Positions 51,714-63,347 are shown, numbered from the stretch's first letter. The stretch is DNA of 64,000 nt from Bacilli bacterium (GCA_051872775.1 JBJEEE010000088.1:2762-66761), one strand, 5' to 3'. Made by a program: numbers and translations. Notes: generated by a model not told the origin, from the sequence alone.

Positions 51714-53789
51714 CTAATTAGTACTATTATTATTATCTTCTTGATCTGAGGTACTAGTTGGTTTAGATTCTTCAGTTGGTTTAGATTCTTCAGTTGGTTG
51801 TGGATTTTCTGAGGCAGCTGCGGCTTCAGCCATCTTTTGTTTCTTCTTTTCCCACCAATTTAATCTTCCCGTATTTACTAGTTCATCAATATCCTCTTTA
51901 GTTAAAGTTTCTACTTCAACTAAATGTTTAGCAAGTAAATCTAATAAATTACGATTTTCTCTAAGAATTTCTTCGCCTTGTTTGTAACATTCATCAATAA
52001 TTTTTCTTACTTCATTATCGATTTCTAAGGCAACTTGATCAGAGAAATTCTTATCAGACATATAGTCACGACCTAGGAATACTTGTCCAGAGTTTCTTTC
52101 ATATTGTACTGGGCCAAGACTACTCATACCATACTCTGTAACCATGGCACGTGCGATTGCGGTAGCTTTTCTAAAGTCATCATAAGCACCTGTTGTCATT
52201 TGATTAAATACCATTTGTTCAGCAATACGACCAGCTAATAAACTTGTTATTTGCGCTGTTAGAGATTGCTTTGTTTGTAAGAAAGTTTCTTCTTCTGGAG
52301 TCATTAGGTTATAACCACCTGCATCTCCACGTGGAACAATTGTAATCTTTTGAACTACAGAAGCATGCTTTAATCTAATACCTATAACCGCATGACCTGA
52401 TTCATGATATGCAACCAATGCTTTTTCAGTATCTGTATACTTCTTCGATTTCTTAGCAGGACCCATCATTACTCTGTCGATTGCTTCATCAACATGATAA
52501 ATCTTAATCTCACGACAATTTTCTCTTGCGGCAAGAAGTGCAGCTTCATTCATTAAGTTTTCAAGATCAGCGCCACTAAATCCAGGAGTACGTCTTGCAA
52601 TATCAGCTAAGTTTACTCTTGGTGATAATCTCTTGTTACGAGAATGTACTTTTAATATTGCTTCTCTTGCTCTTACATCTGGTAATGAAATATGAATTTG
52701 ACGGTCAAATCTTCCAGGACGTAGTAGTGCAGGGTCAAGAATATCTGCACGGTTTGTTGCGGCCATAACAATAATTCCAGTATTAGTTCCAAAACCATCC
52801 ATTTCAACTAATAATTGGTTTAATGTTTGTTCTCTTTCATCATGGCCACCACCAAGACCAGTACCACGTTGACGTCCTACTGCATCAATTTCATCAATAA
52901 AGATGATACATGGTGAATTTTGTTTTGCTGTTTTAAACATATCACGAACACGGCTTGCACCTACACCAACAAACATTTCAACAAAATCAGAACCTGAAAT
53001 TGTAAAGAAAGGTACGTTAGCTTCTCCTGCAACCGCTCTTGCAAGTAATGTTTTACCAGTACCTGGATTACCTACAAGTAAAATACCTTTAGGGATACGT
53101 GCCCCCATATCAAAGTACTTCTTTGGATTCTTTAAGAAGTCTACTACTTCAACTAGTTCTTCTTTTTCTTCTTCTAAGCCGGCAACATCCTTAAATGTTG
53201 TTCCTGATTTTCGGCTTAAGCGTGCTCTGCTTTTACCAAAATCAAAGGCTTGATTGTTTGAATTTTTAGAACTTTTAATTACAATTACAAATAATCCAAC
53301 ACATAATAAGATTGGAACAATAATTCCTAATAAACTTACGAAATCAAATGATGAATTAACGGTAGCTTGCTCAATCGCAAAATATCTTGCATCATTATCT
53401 TCAAGAGCACTTGCTAACTTGCTACATTCAAGTAATTCTTCATATTGAGTACGATATAGTCTCGTATGAAACTTTCTATATCCGTTTTGTGCCTCTTTAA
53501 ATGTACCACTTACTTCATAATATCCGGCATTATCTCCGCCAGTTGAACTGGAATTAATTGTTTTAAATGGAATATTTGGTTTTAAATAATAATCCTCAAC
53601 TACACCCGTAGTAGTAGGATCATCACCTACAACACGAATTTGATTTAAAAAATCATCAGCACTTAGTTCGAGTGGTGCATTAATTCGATTTGTTACCGCA
53701 AATATAGCAGCGACAATTACACCAACGACAACTAGTAATAAAAATAAACTCCCCCATCCAAACTTTTTTGGATTTTTTACATTTGCCAT
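51714..53789 (-). CDS. ftsH: ATP-dependent zinc metalloprotease FtsH
   Basis: An N-terminal TM segment is followed by the AAA motif [17 protein letters not shown], the SRH and the HESGHA zinc motif. The RBS is AAGGAGGG. It overlaps tilS by 13 nt. Confidence 0.95.
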   Translation of the reverse strand: MANVKNPKKFGWGSLFLLLVVVGVIVAAIFAVTNRINAPLELSADDFLNQIRVVGDDPTTTGVVEDYYLKPNIPFKTINSSSTGGDNAGYYEVSGTFKEAQNGYRKFHTRLYRTQYEELLECSKLASALEDNDARYFAIEQATVNSSFDFVSLLGIIVPILLCVGLFVIVIKSSKNSNNQAFDFGKSRARLSRKSGTTFKDVAGLEEEKEELVEVVDFLKNPKKYFDMGARIPKGILLVGNPGTGKTLLARAVAGEANVPFFTISGSDFVEMFVGVGASRVRDMFKTAKQNSPCIIFIDEIDAVGRQRGTGLGGGHDEREQTLNQLLVEMDGFGTNTGIIVMAATNRADILDPALLRPGRFDRQIHISLPDVRAREAILKVHSRNKRLSPRVNLADIARRTPGFSGADLENLMNEAALLAARENCREIKIYHVDEAIDRVMMGPAKKSKKYTDTEKALVAYHESGHAVIGIRLKHASVVQKITIVPRGDAGGYNLMTPEEETFLQTKQSLTAQITSLLAGRIAEQMVFNQMTTGAYDDFRKATAIARAMVTEYGMSSLGPVQYERNSGQVFLGRDYMSDKNFSDQVALEIDNEVRKIIDECYKQGEEILRENRNLLDLLAKHLVEVETLTKEDIDELVNTGRLNWWEKKKQKMAEAAAASENPQPTEESKPTEESKPTSTSDQEDNNNSTN

Positions 53790-55045
53790 TTTTTCCCTCC
53801 TTTATGTCCTAATACGGCTATTACATTGTTTTTACAATCACATAGTAGTAAAATATCTTTTTTAATCATATATGGTAATTTAAGTTTTGTTAGATAATCA
53901 CTGACTAATGTGTTTTTAATTTTATCTTTTACAACTCTTGTACGAATTATAATTGGAAGATCTTGTATATTATAACATAAAACATCATTAGTTGTAAAAA
54001 AATTACAATTATTTTTACTAATTTCAATTTTTCTACCATTAGGTAAATCATATATACCTTCACCGTTTATCGTAATGTTAAAATTTAATGGTTTGATCGA
54101 TGCCTCAGTAAAAATAATTCTTTTATGTTCTTTTATTAGTGCAAGTTTTGGTGTTATTTCACTTACAATACTACTTTTCTGCGATTTAATTTTTTTTATA
54201 ATTTCCTCAATACATTTATGCGATAAATTATATTTTCGAAGTAGTCTAAATAGAATTTGCTTTTGCATAAAGTCATCTAGGGATAATAAATCATCTATAT
54301 TAATGGTATGACTTATCTCACCATTAATATTATTTGTGACTATTTTATTTTCTATAAAGGAAATTTCATTGTTTTCAATTATATTGTTTGCTGAAAGAAG
54401 TGTTTTACTATAGTATGATACTGCTTCATATAAATTGGGGTTTTCTTCCAATAAAATAGGTACAATTAAATGTCTAATTCGATTTCTAGTATAATCTAAA
54501 GTTTGATTAGAATCATCTTCATAATACTTAATATTAGTATTATTTGCATATTCTTGAATTCTTAACTTGGGAATATCTAGAAATGGACGATAAATATAAT
54601 AATTGTGATAATATGTTTTTTTCTCAATTCCTGCATAACCTTTAAGTGATGATGATTTTAATAAACGCATTAATATCGTTTCTATATTGTCATCCGCATG
54701 ATGTGCAAGTAACAAGTATTTGGCATTTTCTGATTTTACAACTTCATCAAAAAACTCATATCTTTTTTCGCGGGCAAGTGATTGAAAATTACCAGTATCT
54801 ATATGATCTAAATGCTTAATATAATACTTTAAATTATTTTCTTCACAAAATGTTTTAATATATATTTCTTCTTGATCTGATTGTAGTCGTTTTTTATGAT
54901 TTACGTGGGCAACAACAATATTATCATGTTTACACACTTGCATAACAAGCGTTAATAATGTCATAGAGTCAACTCCGGTTGAACACGCGACTACTACTTT
55001 ATAATTCTTTAATTCTTCTTTAACTTCTTTCAAAATGTTTTTCAT
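53777..55045 (-). CDS. tilS: tRNA(Ile)-lysidine synthetase
   Basis: The PP-loop VVACSTGVDSMTLL and the overall architecture are present. It lies upstream of ftsH, as in Bacillus. Confidence 0.8.
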   Translation of the reverse strand: MKNILKEVKEELKNYKVVVACSTGVDSMTLLTLVMQVCKHDNIVVAHVNHKKRLQSDQEEIYIKTFCEENNLKYYIKHLDHIDTGNFQSLAREKRYEFFDEVVKSENAKYLLLAHHADDNIETILMRLLKSSSLKGYAGIEKKTYYHNYYIYRPFLDIPKLRIQEYANNTNIKYYEDDSNQTLDYTRNRIRHLIVPILLEENPNLYEAVSYYSKTLLSANNIIENNEISFIENKIVTNNINGEISHTINIDDLLSLDDFMQKQILFRLLRKYNLSHKCIEEIIKKIKSQKSSIVSEITPKLALIKEHKRIIFTEASIKPLNFNITINGEGIYDLPNGRKIEISKNNCNFFTTNDVLCYNIQDLPIIIRTRVVKDKIKNTLVSDYLTKLKLPYMIKKDILLLCDCKNNVIAVLGHKGGKKWQM

Positions 55046-55127
55046 AGTACTTAAATCCTTTATTAGATATTATACTATAAAGTTAAACTTTTGTAAAGAA
55101 ACTAATTAATTTAAATAAATATAAATT

Positions 55128-55155
55128 AAAATAGGAAACATGTGTTTCCTATTTT
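55128..55155 (-). terminator. ddl terminator overlapping the stop codon
   Basis: AAATAGGAAACA-TG-TGTTTCCTATTT is a 12-bp perfect stem. On the minus strand it is followed by TTTTAATTTAT. Confidence 0.7.
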
Positions 55156-56288
55156 GTAAGTTTAGTTCCCTTTTGTGATAATACACTTGATTTAAAGGAT
55201 TTAATATATCTCATTTGTTGATTTTTTGTCACAATCGCGTTTTTAATTAAGATATCAATTAGTTGAGTAAAACTTATATCTAGTTTATCAAATAAATAAA
55301 ATGCTAGTGAACCAGGAATTGTATTAATTTCATTTAAATATAGTAAGTTTGTTTGCTCATCATATAAGAAATCAATTCTCACAACTCCGCTTAATCTGAA
55401 TAATTGATATGCCTTAATACCAACTGTTTTAATCAATTTTTCTAATTCAGGAGGTAGAATTGCGGGGATAATGCGATTTGATACATCACTCATTTTATCC
55501 ATATTTTCATATTTATCTTTAAACGATAAAATATCATTTGTTGGTTTTACTTCTTCAACTAAAGAAGGTATGATGCGATTAATGTCTTTAAGAATAGCAA
55601 GATTATATTCTTTATATTTAGTCAATTTCTTTTCAACAATAATCTGTTCATCATATTTAAAAGCTTCTTCAATTCCTTTTCGTAGTTCATCTTTGTTATC
55701 AGCACACATAATACCTATACTTGAACCCAAACATGAAGGCTTAACAATAACAGGATAATCTAATCTAGTTTCAATTTCATTACATTTAAGGGTAAAATCA
55801 TCATCTATACTCATTTTAACAAATGGTAATATTTTTATATCCGTTAATGATAACAGTTCTTTTGTATATATTTTATCTTGAAGAATTGCAGAGGCGGATA
55901 CTGATGCATTTGTATGTACTCCTCCTAGCGTTTCAAGGAATCCACTTATTGTTCCATCCTCTACCCCTTCACCATGGACAACTGGAATAAAAACATCTAT
56001 TGGTGTAGCTTTAGGTCGCGAAAATACTCCTTTGTAATATACATTGTTGTTTTCACCAAATAGGGTTACTGTATTACATTTAGAAAAATTACCTGATATA
56101 TATGTATTGATATCATTTAGCTCATTTCCTACTAGCCATTCTTGATCATGATTAATATAAAAAATCGTTACATTATATTTATCCTTATCAATAGCATGAT
56201 ATACTTGTAATCCTGATAATATTGAAATGTCATGTTCGACACTTCTACCTCCAATTATTATACCTACATTTAATTTTGTACTTTTCAT
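55149..56288 (-). CDS. ddl: D-alanine--D-alanine ligase
   Basis: MKSTKLNVGIIIGGRSVEHDISILSG is the canonical Ddl N-terminus. The C-terminal part has the ATP-grasp fold. Confidence 0.85.
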   Translation of the reverse strand: MKSTKLNVGIIIGGRSVEHDISILSGLQVYHAIDKDKYNVTIFYINHDQEWLVGNELNDINTYISGNFSKCNTVTLFGENNNVYYKGVFSRPKATPIDVFIPVVHGEGVEDGTISGFLETLGGVHTNASVSASAILQDKIYTKELLSLTDIKILPFVKMSIDDDFTLKCNEIETRLDYPVIVKPSCLGSSIGIMCADNKDELRKGIEEAFKYDEQIIVEKKLTKYKEYNLAILKDINRIIPSLVEEVKPTNDILSFKDKYENMDKMSDVSNRIIPAILPPELEKLIKTVGIKAYQLFRLSGVVRIDFLYDEQTNLLYLNEINTIPGSLAFYLFDKLDISFTQLIDILIKNAIVTKNQQMRYIKSFKSSVLSQKGTKLTK

Positions 56289-56292
56289 TTCT

Positions 56293-57831
56293 CTACCTTT
56301 CTAAGAAGTTGTCTGGTAAATCATTTTCAATTAAAAGACTAACTTCTTCATTATAATTATTTTTAAATGTTTGAAATGCATCATTAAAACTATTAAAAAT
56401 CTTATATTTTTGATGGTGTTCATTAAATACCTTAACATAATAAACAATGACTTTGTTTCTAATAAGATATATATCATCAAACTGACTAATTAGTTTTAGG
56501 GCGATTTCTTCATTAATTTCTTTTTCTTTTGTCCCTCCATCTACTATACCAGGAGTTATAATTACTTTTTTCGTTCTTATTTCTTTAAATAAATTAATTG
56601 CTGAAGAAAATCCTGCAAGATTAGAGTTGTAACTATCATCATATATATGTATATTATTTATTTCTTGATATTCAAGACGATGAGGAACTTGTGGTACTGA
56701 TTTTATTCTATTAATAAATTCTTGATCAGTTATATCAATATTATATTTTTTTAGAGCTTGAATAATTCCATAACAAATCAGTATATTTATTGCATTATGT
56801 TCTCCTAGTAGCGGGGTTTCAATTAATAGTTCTTGATTATTGTTTACAATGATAAAACTGGTTTTACCACAACTTGTATGTACGTCTTTTATGTAGTAGT
56901 TATCACTTGGTTCATACCCTACACCAATAATATCATTAATACTTAATATATTTAAATTCTTTAAGTACTTATTACTAGTATTTACTACTAGTGAACTTTC
57001 ATATGGCTGGTTAGATATTATCTCAAGTTTTGCATTTAACACCCCTTCAATTGATTTAAATGTTGATAAATGTTGTGGACCAATCTCTGTAATAACCGAT
57101 ATATTAGGTGGAAATTCTTTAACCATTTGCCTTATTTCCCCCTTTTTAAAAGCACCCATTTCCATAATAAAAACTTCCGTTGTTGTTTTTAGACTTTCGT
57201 TTATTGTTTTTGTTATTCCCATTAAAGTATTATATGATTTGGGGGTAGCTAGACATATATAGTGATTAGATAAAAGATGATAGAGAATGTTTTTAGTGGT
57301 TGTTTTACCATAACTTCCAGTAATCGCTATTTTAACCATATTTTGGTTTTCGTAATACTTCTTAGTTGCTTTTTTTAAATAGTGTTTTTTTATCATTATT
57401 TCTATTGGTTCATTAATTATACTACTTGAAAGTAGAATAAAAGGTAAAAAGAATATCTCAATTATAAATAGAATTAAGTGGACGTTTCGTATTAAAATAA
57501 AAGGAATAAGGACTAAAATGATTGTTGTTAATATTAGTCTGATGATACGAGGTGTATACTTTAATTTTATTATATATTTAGTCGGTTTTATCAGTATAAA
57601 TATAGTTAAAATCATTATGATTAGTGAGTGATATATATTATTAAAAAGAATTAAAATTAAACAAATATAAAGTATATCGGTATATACTTTTTTAAAATAG
57701 TATGTTGGTAGTATTTTAACAAACTTTTTATAATCATAATGCTCTTGTTGATAAATATTTAAAATATAGTATTCTAAATAGCAAAAAAATACTACTAGAC
57801 ATATTGCTTCAAATACACTAAATAAAATCAT
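56293..57831 (-). CDS. murF: MurF-like UDP-MurNAc-tripeptide--D-Ala-D-Ala ligase with an atypical polytopic membrane N-terminal extension
   Basis: Residues 1 to about 150 form 4-5 hydrophobic helices. After that come the Mur-ligase central and C-terminal domains: GSYGKTTTKN, VITEIGPQHLSTFKSIEGVLNAKLEI, TPLLGEHNAINILICYGIIQAL and IYDDSYNSNLAGFSSAINLF, all MurF-like. The canonical MurF N-domain is absent. Its start overlaps the hydrolase stop in an ATGA arrangement. Confidence 0.7.
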   Translation of the reverse strand: MILFSVFEAICLVVFFCYLEYYILNIYQQEHYDYKKFVKILPTYYFKKVYTDILYICLILILFNNIYHSLIIMILTIFILIKPTKYIIKLKYTPRIIRLILTTIILVLIPFILIRNVHLILFIIEIFFLPFILLSSSIINEPIEIMIKKHYLKKATKKYYENQNMVKIAITGSYGKTTTKNILYHLLSNHYICLATPKSYNTLMGITKTINESLKTTTEVFIMEMGAFKKGEIRQMVKEFPPNISVITEIGPQHLSTFKSIEGVLNAKLEIISNQPYESSLVVNTSNKYLKNLNILSINDIIGVGYEPSDNYYIKDVHTSCGKTSFIIVNNNQELLIETPLLGEHNAINILICYGIIQALKKYNIDITDQEFINRIKSVPQVPHRLEYQEINNIHIYDDSYNSNLAGFSSAINLFKEIRTKKVIITPGIVDGGTKEKEINEEIALKLISQFDDIYLIRNKVIVYYVKVFNEHHQKYKIFNSFNDAFQTFKNNYNEEVSLLIENDLPDNFLER

Positions 57832-58583
57832 TTAATCACACCAAGATATTTACCAATCACTATATGGAAGTACTTTTTCTTTTCTAAATATGGAAAGTGA
57901 CCACAATTTTCAAAAGTCACTAAACCACTATTCTTGATGGTTTTACTCATATATAAGGCATCTTTATATGGAGTTTCTTTATCATCTTTTCCCCATATGA
58001 TTAAGGTCTCAACGTTTATTTTTTTTAAATATTTTCGTAAATCCTCTTTTATTACTTTAGACATTGTCCCTTTCATAATGTTACTAGCATTGATAAAGTC
58101 ATTACTTCCATTTACTTTTAATAGTTGATTGTATTTGGTTGCATCTTTTTTAAACTTATAATATTTTTTTAAACATTTGTATCTTATTATACTAACCATT
58201 TGTTTTATCGTTTTTCGCTTCTTTATTCCCGCACTATCCACTAGTATTAATTTATTGACTAAATCATTATGATTAGAAACATACTTAATTGCAATTCTTC
58301 CACCAAAAGAATGTCCGATGATTATTGGTTTTTCAATTTGAAGTTCTGTTATAAATAGTTCCAAGAATTTTACGTATTGGGTTAAATTGTATGAGTTTTG
58401 GGGCTGATCACTTTGACCAAATCCAGGAAGATCAATTGCGAAAATTGTATAGTTATCACCTAAATAGTCAATTAAATAATCAAATGTATGATAGTTAAGC
58501 CCCCATCCATGTAATAATATTAAAGGTCTACCTCTTCCATATATTTGATAATTAATTTTCATATTATCATAGTTATATATCAT
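57828..58583 (-). CDS. Alpha/beta-fold hydrolase
   Basis: The oxyanion hole HGWGLN and the nucleophile elbow GHSFGG are present. The protein is 251 aa. Confidence 0.75.
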   Translation of the reverse strand: MIYNYDNMKINYQIYGRGRPLILLHGWGLNYHTFDYLIDYLGDNYTIFAIDLPGFGQSDQPQNSYNLTQYVKFLELFITELQIEKPIIIGHSFGGRIAIKYVSNHNDLVNKLILVDSAGIKKRKTIKQMVSIIRYKCLKKYYKFKKDATKYNQLLKVNGSNDFINASNIMKGTMSKVIKEDLRKYLKKINVETLIIWGKDDKETPYKDALYMSKTIKNSGLVTFENCGHFPYLEKKKYFHIVIGKYLGVIK

Positions 58584-58649
58584 TTTATCACTCTTTTCTA
58601 CTATTACATTTTATTCAATAATTTTGTTTTTAGTCTTTTTTTTCAAACA

Positions 58650-58693
58650 CAATAAAAAAACTACTAACTATTTCTACAAATAGTTAGTAGTTT
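58650..58693 (-). terminator. suf operon terminator
   Basis: AAAACTACTAACTATTT-CTAC-AAATAGTTAGTAGTTTT is a 17-bp perfect stem. On the minus strand it is followed by a U-rich tract. Confidence 0.7.
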
Positions 58694-58695
58694 TA

Positions 58696-60099
58696 TTATC
58701 CGTTAGAACCTTTCATTTCTAACTTAATTAATTGATTTAATTCTACAGCATATTCCATTGGCAACTCTTTTGCGAAAGGTTCAATAAATCCCATTACAAT
58801 CATCTCCGTTGCTTCTTGTTCGGTTAGACCACGGCTCATTAAATAGAATAATTGTTCTTCATTTACTTTTGAAACTGTTGCTTCATGTTCAATATATGAT
58901 GAGTCATTTTCTACAATGTTGGTTGGTATTGTATCACTCGTTGATTGTTCATCAAGAATGATTGTATCACATTCTACATGTGATTTAGAGTTTTCCGCAC
59001 TTTTTGCTATTTTAACCATACCACGATAGTTTACTTTACCGCCACCACGGCAGATTGATTTAGAGATTATTTGGCTAGTGGTTCCTTTTGCAAGATGAAT
59101 CATTTTTGCTCCAGTATCTTGTATTTGGCCTTCTCCCGCAAAAGCGATTGAAACGGTGGTGCCTTTTGCACCTTCTCCTTTTAAGACGCAGGCAGGATAT
59201 TTCATATTAATATTTGAACCAATATTACCATCAATCCATTCCATATGCCCTTTGCTTTCGACAAGAGCACGTTTTGTTACAAGATTGATAATGTTGTTTG
59301 ACCAGTTTTGAACTGTAGAATATCGACAATAGGCACTATTTTTTACATATATTTCTACTACTGCGGCATGAAGTGAATATGCAGAATATTGAGGGGCAGT
59401 GCACCCTTCTACATAATGAAGACTAGCTTCATCATCAACAATGATTAACGTTCTTTCAAATTGTCCCATTAATTCTGTATTGATTCTAAAATATGATTGA
59501 AGTGGTTTTTCTAACTTTACACCTTTAGGAACATAAATAAATGAACCACCACTCCATACTGCAGTATTTAGGGCAGCAAACATATTATCTGTATAAGGCA
59601 CTACCTTTGCAAAGTATTCCTTAACAAGTTCTGGATATTTTTTTACTGCTGTATCGGTATCACAAAATAATACTCCAAGACTTTCTAGTTCTTTTATAGT
59701 ATTATGATAAACTACTTCAGATTCAAATTGGGTAGATACTCCAGCTAAATATTTTTGTTCTGCTTCTTGAATTCCAATTTTATCAAATGTATCTTTAATT
59801 GCTTGTGGAACATTATCCCAACTATTCTCTACTCTTTGGCTTGATTTAATATAATATATATATTCATCGAAATTAATGCTTGATAAATCTGGTCCAAAAG
59901 TTGGCCATTTCATTTTCGCAAATTCATGATAAGCTTTAAGACGAATATTTAACATCCATTCTGGTTCGTTTTTCATTTGTGATATTTTTCTGACTACTTC
60001 TTCACTAATACCATGACCAGTATCGTATACATTTTCGACATCAGTTTTGAAGCCAAATTTATAATCACCAACAATATTATTTATATCATTATTATTCAT
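58696..60099 (-). CDS. sufB: Fe-S cluster assembly protein SufB
   Basis: Conserved SufB body. The track start at 60123 is GTG. The likely ATG is at 60099 ([17 protein letters not shown]). Confidence 0.9.
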   Translation of the reverse strand: MNNNDINNIVGDYKFGFKTDVENVYDTGHGISEEVVRKISQMKNEPEWMLNIRLKAYHEFAKMKWPTFGPDLSSINFDEYIYYIKSSQRVENSWDNVPQAIKDTFDKIGIQEAEQKYLAGVSTQFESEVVYHNTIKELESLGVLFCDTDTAVKKYPELVKEYFAKVVPYTDNMFAALNTAVWSGGSFIYVPKGVKLEKPLQSYFRINTELMGQFERTLIIVDDEASLHYVEGCTAPQYSAYSLHAAVVEIYVKNSAYCRYSTVQNWSNNIINLVTKRALVESKGHMEWIDGNIGSNINMKYPACVLKGEGAKGTTVSIAFAGEGQIQDTGAKMIHLAKGTTSQIISKSICRGGGKVNYRGMVKIAKSAENSKSHVECDTIILDEQSTSDTIPTNIVENDSSYIEHEATVSKVNEEQLFYLMSRGLTEQEATEMIVMGFIEPFAKELPMEYAVELNQLIKLEMKGSNG

Positions 60100-60538
60100 G
60101 TTCTTCTTTTTCTCCTTCTTCACCTAAAAGTAGAGCTCCTGCTGCACGCCAAGAAAGAGTAGCACACTTTACGCGTGGGGGAAAATTGTGAATATTAAGA
60201 TAAACGATGGCTTCACCTAATCTTTCTTCATCTTTTGGCATATTACCTTTAATTAATTCGTAAAAATCATTGATAATGCTTTCTGCTTCTTCTACGGTCT
60301 TTCCTTTTAGCGTTTCGCTCATTACGGATGCAGAAGAACAACAAATAGCACAACCAGTTCCATCATGTCTAACGTCATCAACAATGCCGTTTTTTACGTT
60401 AATTTGAACAGTAACATCATCACCACAAGAGGGATTCTTTAATCTTAGTGTTTTATATCCTTCAATAAGTCCTTTGTTGCGTGGGAACTTACGATGTTCA
60501 CTAATTATTTGTCCATATAATTCTGATAAATTATTCAC
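60092..60538 (-). CDS. sufU: SUF system sulfur-transfer / scaffold protein SufU (IscU-like)
   Basis: PSCGDDVTV...[12 protein letters not shown] (three Cys) is present. It has a GTG start after a GGAGTG RBS. Confidence 0.85.
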   Translation of the reverse strand: MNNLSELYGQIISEHRKFPRNKGLIEGYKTLRLKNPSCGDDVTVQINVKNGIVDDVRHDGTGCAICCSSASVMSETLKGKTVEEAESIINDFYELIKGNMPKDEERLGEAIVYLNIHNFPPRVKCATLSWRAAGALLLGEEGEKEEHE

Positions 60539-60541
60539 TTA

Positions 60542-61741
60542 TTACCACTCCTTAAAATATTCTGAAGCAGATCGTACTGCTTCAACAAACTTTTTGGCGT
60601 CTTCTTCGTCATTGTATAAATAAAAACATGCCCTTAAAGTTCCTACACATTCTAACCATTTCGTTATTAATTGTGCACAGTGATGGCCTGCTCTCATTGC
60701 AATATGCAATTGGTCAAAATAAGTAGCTGCATCATGAGGATGAACGTTTCTTATATTAAACGCGATTGTGCCTGTTTCAACAGTTGGATTATACACAATT
60801 ACATTATCTATTTTTAACAATTCATTAACAACGTATCTAGTTAGTTTCTTTTCATTTTCTTGAATCTTATCATACCCAAAATTTTCTATATATTTTACTG
60901 CTTCTTTAAATGCAATTGCCTCCGCAATCGGTGGTGTACCTGTTTCAAATTTAAATGGTGCATCTTTATAATGTGATTCAAACAAATCTACATTATCATT
61001 CATATCTCCACCAAATTCAATGGGGTTCATTTTTTGAAGTAAATCATATTTCCCATATAATATTCCAAACCCGGTTGGACCTAACATTTTATGAGCAGAA
61101 AAAGCTAAAAAGTCAGCATCTAGTTCTTTTACATCTATCGCCATATGTGGTACAGCTTGAGCTGCATCAACAACTACAATTGCCTTTACTTCATGAGCTA
61201 GTTTTATTATTTCTTTGATTGGGGTTATATAACCCATAACATTTGAGACGTAAGTTAATGCAACAACCTTTGTTTTGGGTGATAGTACTTTTTTGAATGC
61301 TTCAACAGTTATCCTTCCTGTACTATCTAATTCAATAAATTTTAAAACAGCTTTTTTTCTTTTTGCAACGTTTTGCCATGGAATCACATTGCTATGATGT
61401 TCAAGTTCTGAAGTTATAATTTCGTCACCTTCACATATATTATCTAAACCATAACTTGATGCAACAAGGTTCAATCCATTGCTTGCACCTTTTGTAAATA
61501 CTATTTCTTCTGTTTTAGCGTTTAAAAATTTAGCAACAACTTCTCTTGTTTCTTCATATTCGCATGTCGCATGATAACTAAGATCGTATACACCTCTATT
61601 TACGTTTACTCCATATTTTTCGTAATACTCTGAAAGTTTATCGATTACAACTTGTGGTTTAAGAGATGTTGCGCATGAATCTAAATATACTAATTCAGGA
61701 TTATTTACTAAAACAGGGAAATCATTTTTGATATTATTCAT
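60542..61741 (-). CDS. sufS: Cysteine desulfurase SufS
   Basis: LVYLDSCATS and the PLP-lysine motif SAHKMLGPTG are present, and the C-terminal RAGHHCA contains the catalytic Cys. The likely start is the ATG at 61741 (MNNIKNDFPVL), after AAGGAGAA. Confidence 0.9.
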   Translation of the reverse strand: MNNIKNDFPVLVNNPELVYLDSCATSLKPQVVIDKLSEYYEKYGVNVNRGVYDLSYHATCEYEETREVVAKFLNAKTEEIVFTKGASNGLNLVASSYGLDNICEGDEIITSELEHHSNVIPWQNVAKRKKAVLKFIELDSTGRITVEAFKKVLSPKTKVVALTYVSNVMGYITPIKEIIKLAHEVKAIVVVDAAQAVPHMAIDVKELDADFLAFSAHKMLGPTGFGILYGKYDLLQKMNPIEFGGDMNDNVDLFESHYKDAPFKFETGTPPIAEAIAFKEAVKYIENFGYDKIQENEKKLTRYVVNELLKIDNVIVYNPTVETGTIAFNIRNVHPHDAATYFDQLHIAMRAGHHCAQLITKWLECVGTLRACFYLYNDEEDAKKFVEAVRSASEYFKEW

Positions 61742-61742
61742 T

Positions 61743-62516
61743 TTATTCTCCTTCATCTTTTAGACTTGTTTTTTCCATAAAATTGTCTAAAATCATTTTT
61801 TTTGTTTTGGGATCATTTATTGATTCAACAAGTGGAGTAATAAATCCTGATATTATTATTTTAGAAGCTTCTTCTTTAGTAAGTCCTCTACTCATTAAAT
61901 AAAATAAATCATCTGGATTAAGTGATCCAATGGATGCCGCATGATTGGCTATTACATCATATTCATCAATAAATAGATTTGGTAGGGCCTTAATCACTGC
62001 GTTTTTATTTAATGTTAAACCTTTAGCTTTTTGATGAGCAACCGATTTTGCACATCCTTTTTTGATAGATGCATTATTGTCAATTTTAATTTTACTAAAG
62101 TCTTTGGCTATGGCATAAATTTCAGTGTTACTAGATGTTTGATAAGCTAAATGATCAACATTTATCAAACTATTACAATTGGCTTTACCTCTTGATAAAA
62201 TAACTGACATATTATTAAAACTTGCATTTAGACCTTCTAATTTACAATTTATATCAATGTTAACGTTTTGATTAGAAGTAACTATATTATACATAGTAAA
62301 ACTTGCATTTTCTTCCACTGTAACTTTTAGATTAAATGAAGATTCAACATCATCATGAAGATAAGATACCATTGTACAATTAACATTTGGTTTTAGAGTA
62401 ATACTTAAATTATTTTCATTTGGTTTTATCGCGTAATTGATTACTGATACATCTTTATCAATAATCATATTATTAGTTATGACTTCCTTATCAAGATATG
62501 TAACTGTATTACTCAT
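61743..62516 (-). CDS. sufD: SufD (short form, 257 aa)
   Basis: The C-terminal region [34 protein letters not shown] is SufB/D-like. The RBS is AGGAGAA. Confidence 0.75.
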   Translation of the reverse strand: MSNTVTYLDKEVITNNMIIDKDVSVINYAIKPNENNLSITLKPNVNCTMVSYLHDDVESSFNLKVTVEENASFTMYNIVTSNQNVNIDINCKLEGLNASFNNMSVILSRGKANCNSLINVDHLAYQTSSNTEIYAIAKDFSKIKIDNNASIKKGCAKSVAHQKAKGLTLNKNAVIKALPNLFIDEYDVIANHAASIGSLNPDDLFYLMSRGLTKEEASKIIISGFITPLVESINDPKTKKMILDNFMEKTSLKDEGE

Positions 62517-63336
62517 TTTTTTCTCCTATAACATTTTTTACGGCACATGTACCTAAAATATTAGGATTTACTCTTGGTTCATCTTCGATTCCTAATTCTT
62601 CTTTTAGCCAATCATAACCTTGTTGGTCAATCTTTTCAATTAATTCAAGTCCGCCATCAGCAACAATCTTACCATTCATTAGAACATGGACTTTATCTAC
62701 TGATAAGTAATCAAGCAATCTCTCATAATGTGTGATAATAAGAGCTCCAAAATCATTTGACTTCATTTGATTAACATTTTCACCAACAATTTTTAAAGCG
62801 TCAACATCTAAACCTGAATCTATTTCATCAAGAATGGCAAATTTAGGTTTTAACATCTTCATTTGAAGTATTTCGTTGCGTTTCTTTTCACCACCTGAAA
62901 AGCCTTCATTCACATATCGATGTGGTAAATCTTCACGCATTTTAAGTTCTTTTACAGCAACATCTAAAGCTTTAATAAATTTAAAAATAGATATGCGATC
63001 ACCTTCATCAAGTCGAGCTTGAATAGCACTCTTAATAAAGTCGGCATTTGTTACACCAACAATTTCACTTGGATATTGCATTGCTAAAAACAAGCCTTTG
63101 CGACTTCTTTCATCCACACTCATTTTTAATACATCTTCCCCATCAAGTAAGATTTCGCCTTCGGTAACTTGATATTTATAATGTCCCATAATTGTTGAGG
63201 CAAGGGTTGATTTACCCGTACCGTTAGGACCCATGATTACATGGAATTCACCTGTTTCCATTGTTAAATCAACACCCTTAAGGATTTCTTTTCCCTCAAC
63301 ACTTACATGTAAGTTTTTAATTTCTAGTTTTGACAT
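62509..63336 (-). CDS. sufC: Fe-S cluster assembly ATPase SufC
   Basis: GPNGTGKSTL, FSGGEKKRNEILQ and ILDEIDSGLD are present. The track start at 63345 is GTG. The likely start is the ATG at 63336 after AGAGGTG. Confidence 0.9.
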   Translation of the reverse strand: MSKLEIKNLHVSVEGKEILKGVDLTMETGEFHVIMGPNGTGKSTLASTIMGHYKYQVTEGEILLDGEDVLKMSVDERSRKGLFLAMQYPSEIVGVTNADFIKSAIQARLDEGDRISIFKFIKALDVAVKELKMREDLPHRYVNEGFSGGEKKRNEILQMKMLKPKFAILDEIDSGLDVDALKIVGENVNQMKSNDFGALIITHYERLLDYLSVDKVHVLMNGKIVADGGLELIEKIDQQGYDWLKEELGIEDEPRVNPNILGTCAVKNVIGEKNE

Positions 63337-63347
63337 AAATTTCACCT

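Noticed and set aside
52903-53448. Two plus-strand ORFs (116 and 64 aa) inside ftsH
   Set aside because: These are antisense to the highly conserved AAA domain of FtsH. They are shadow frames.
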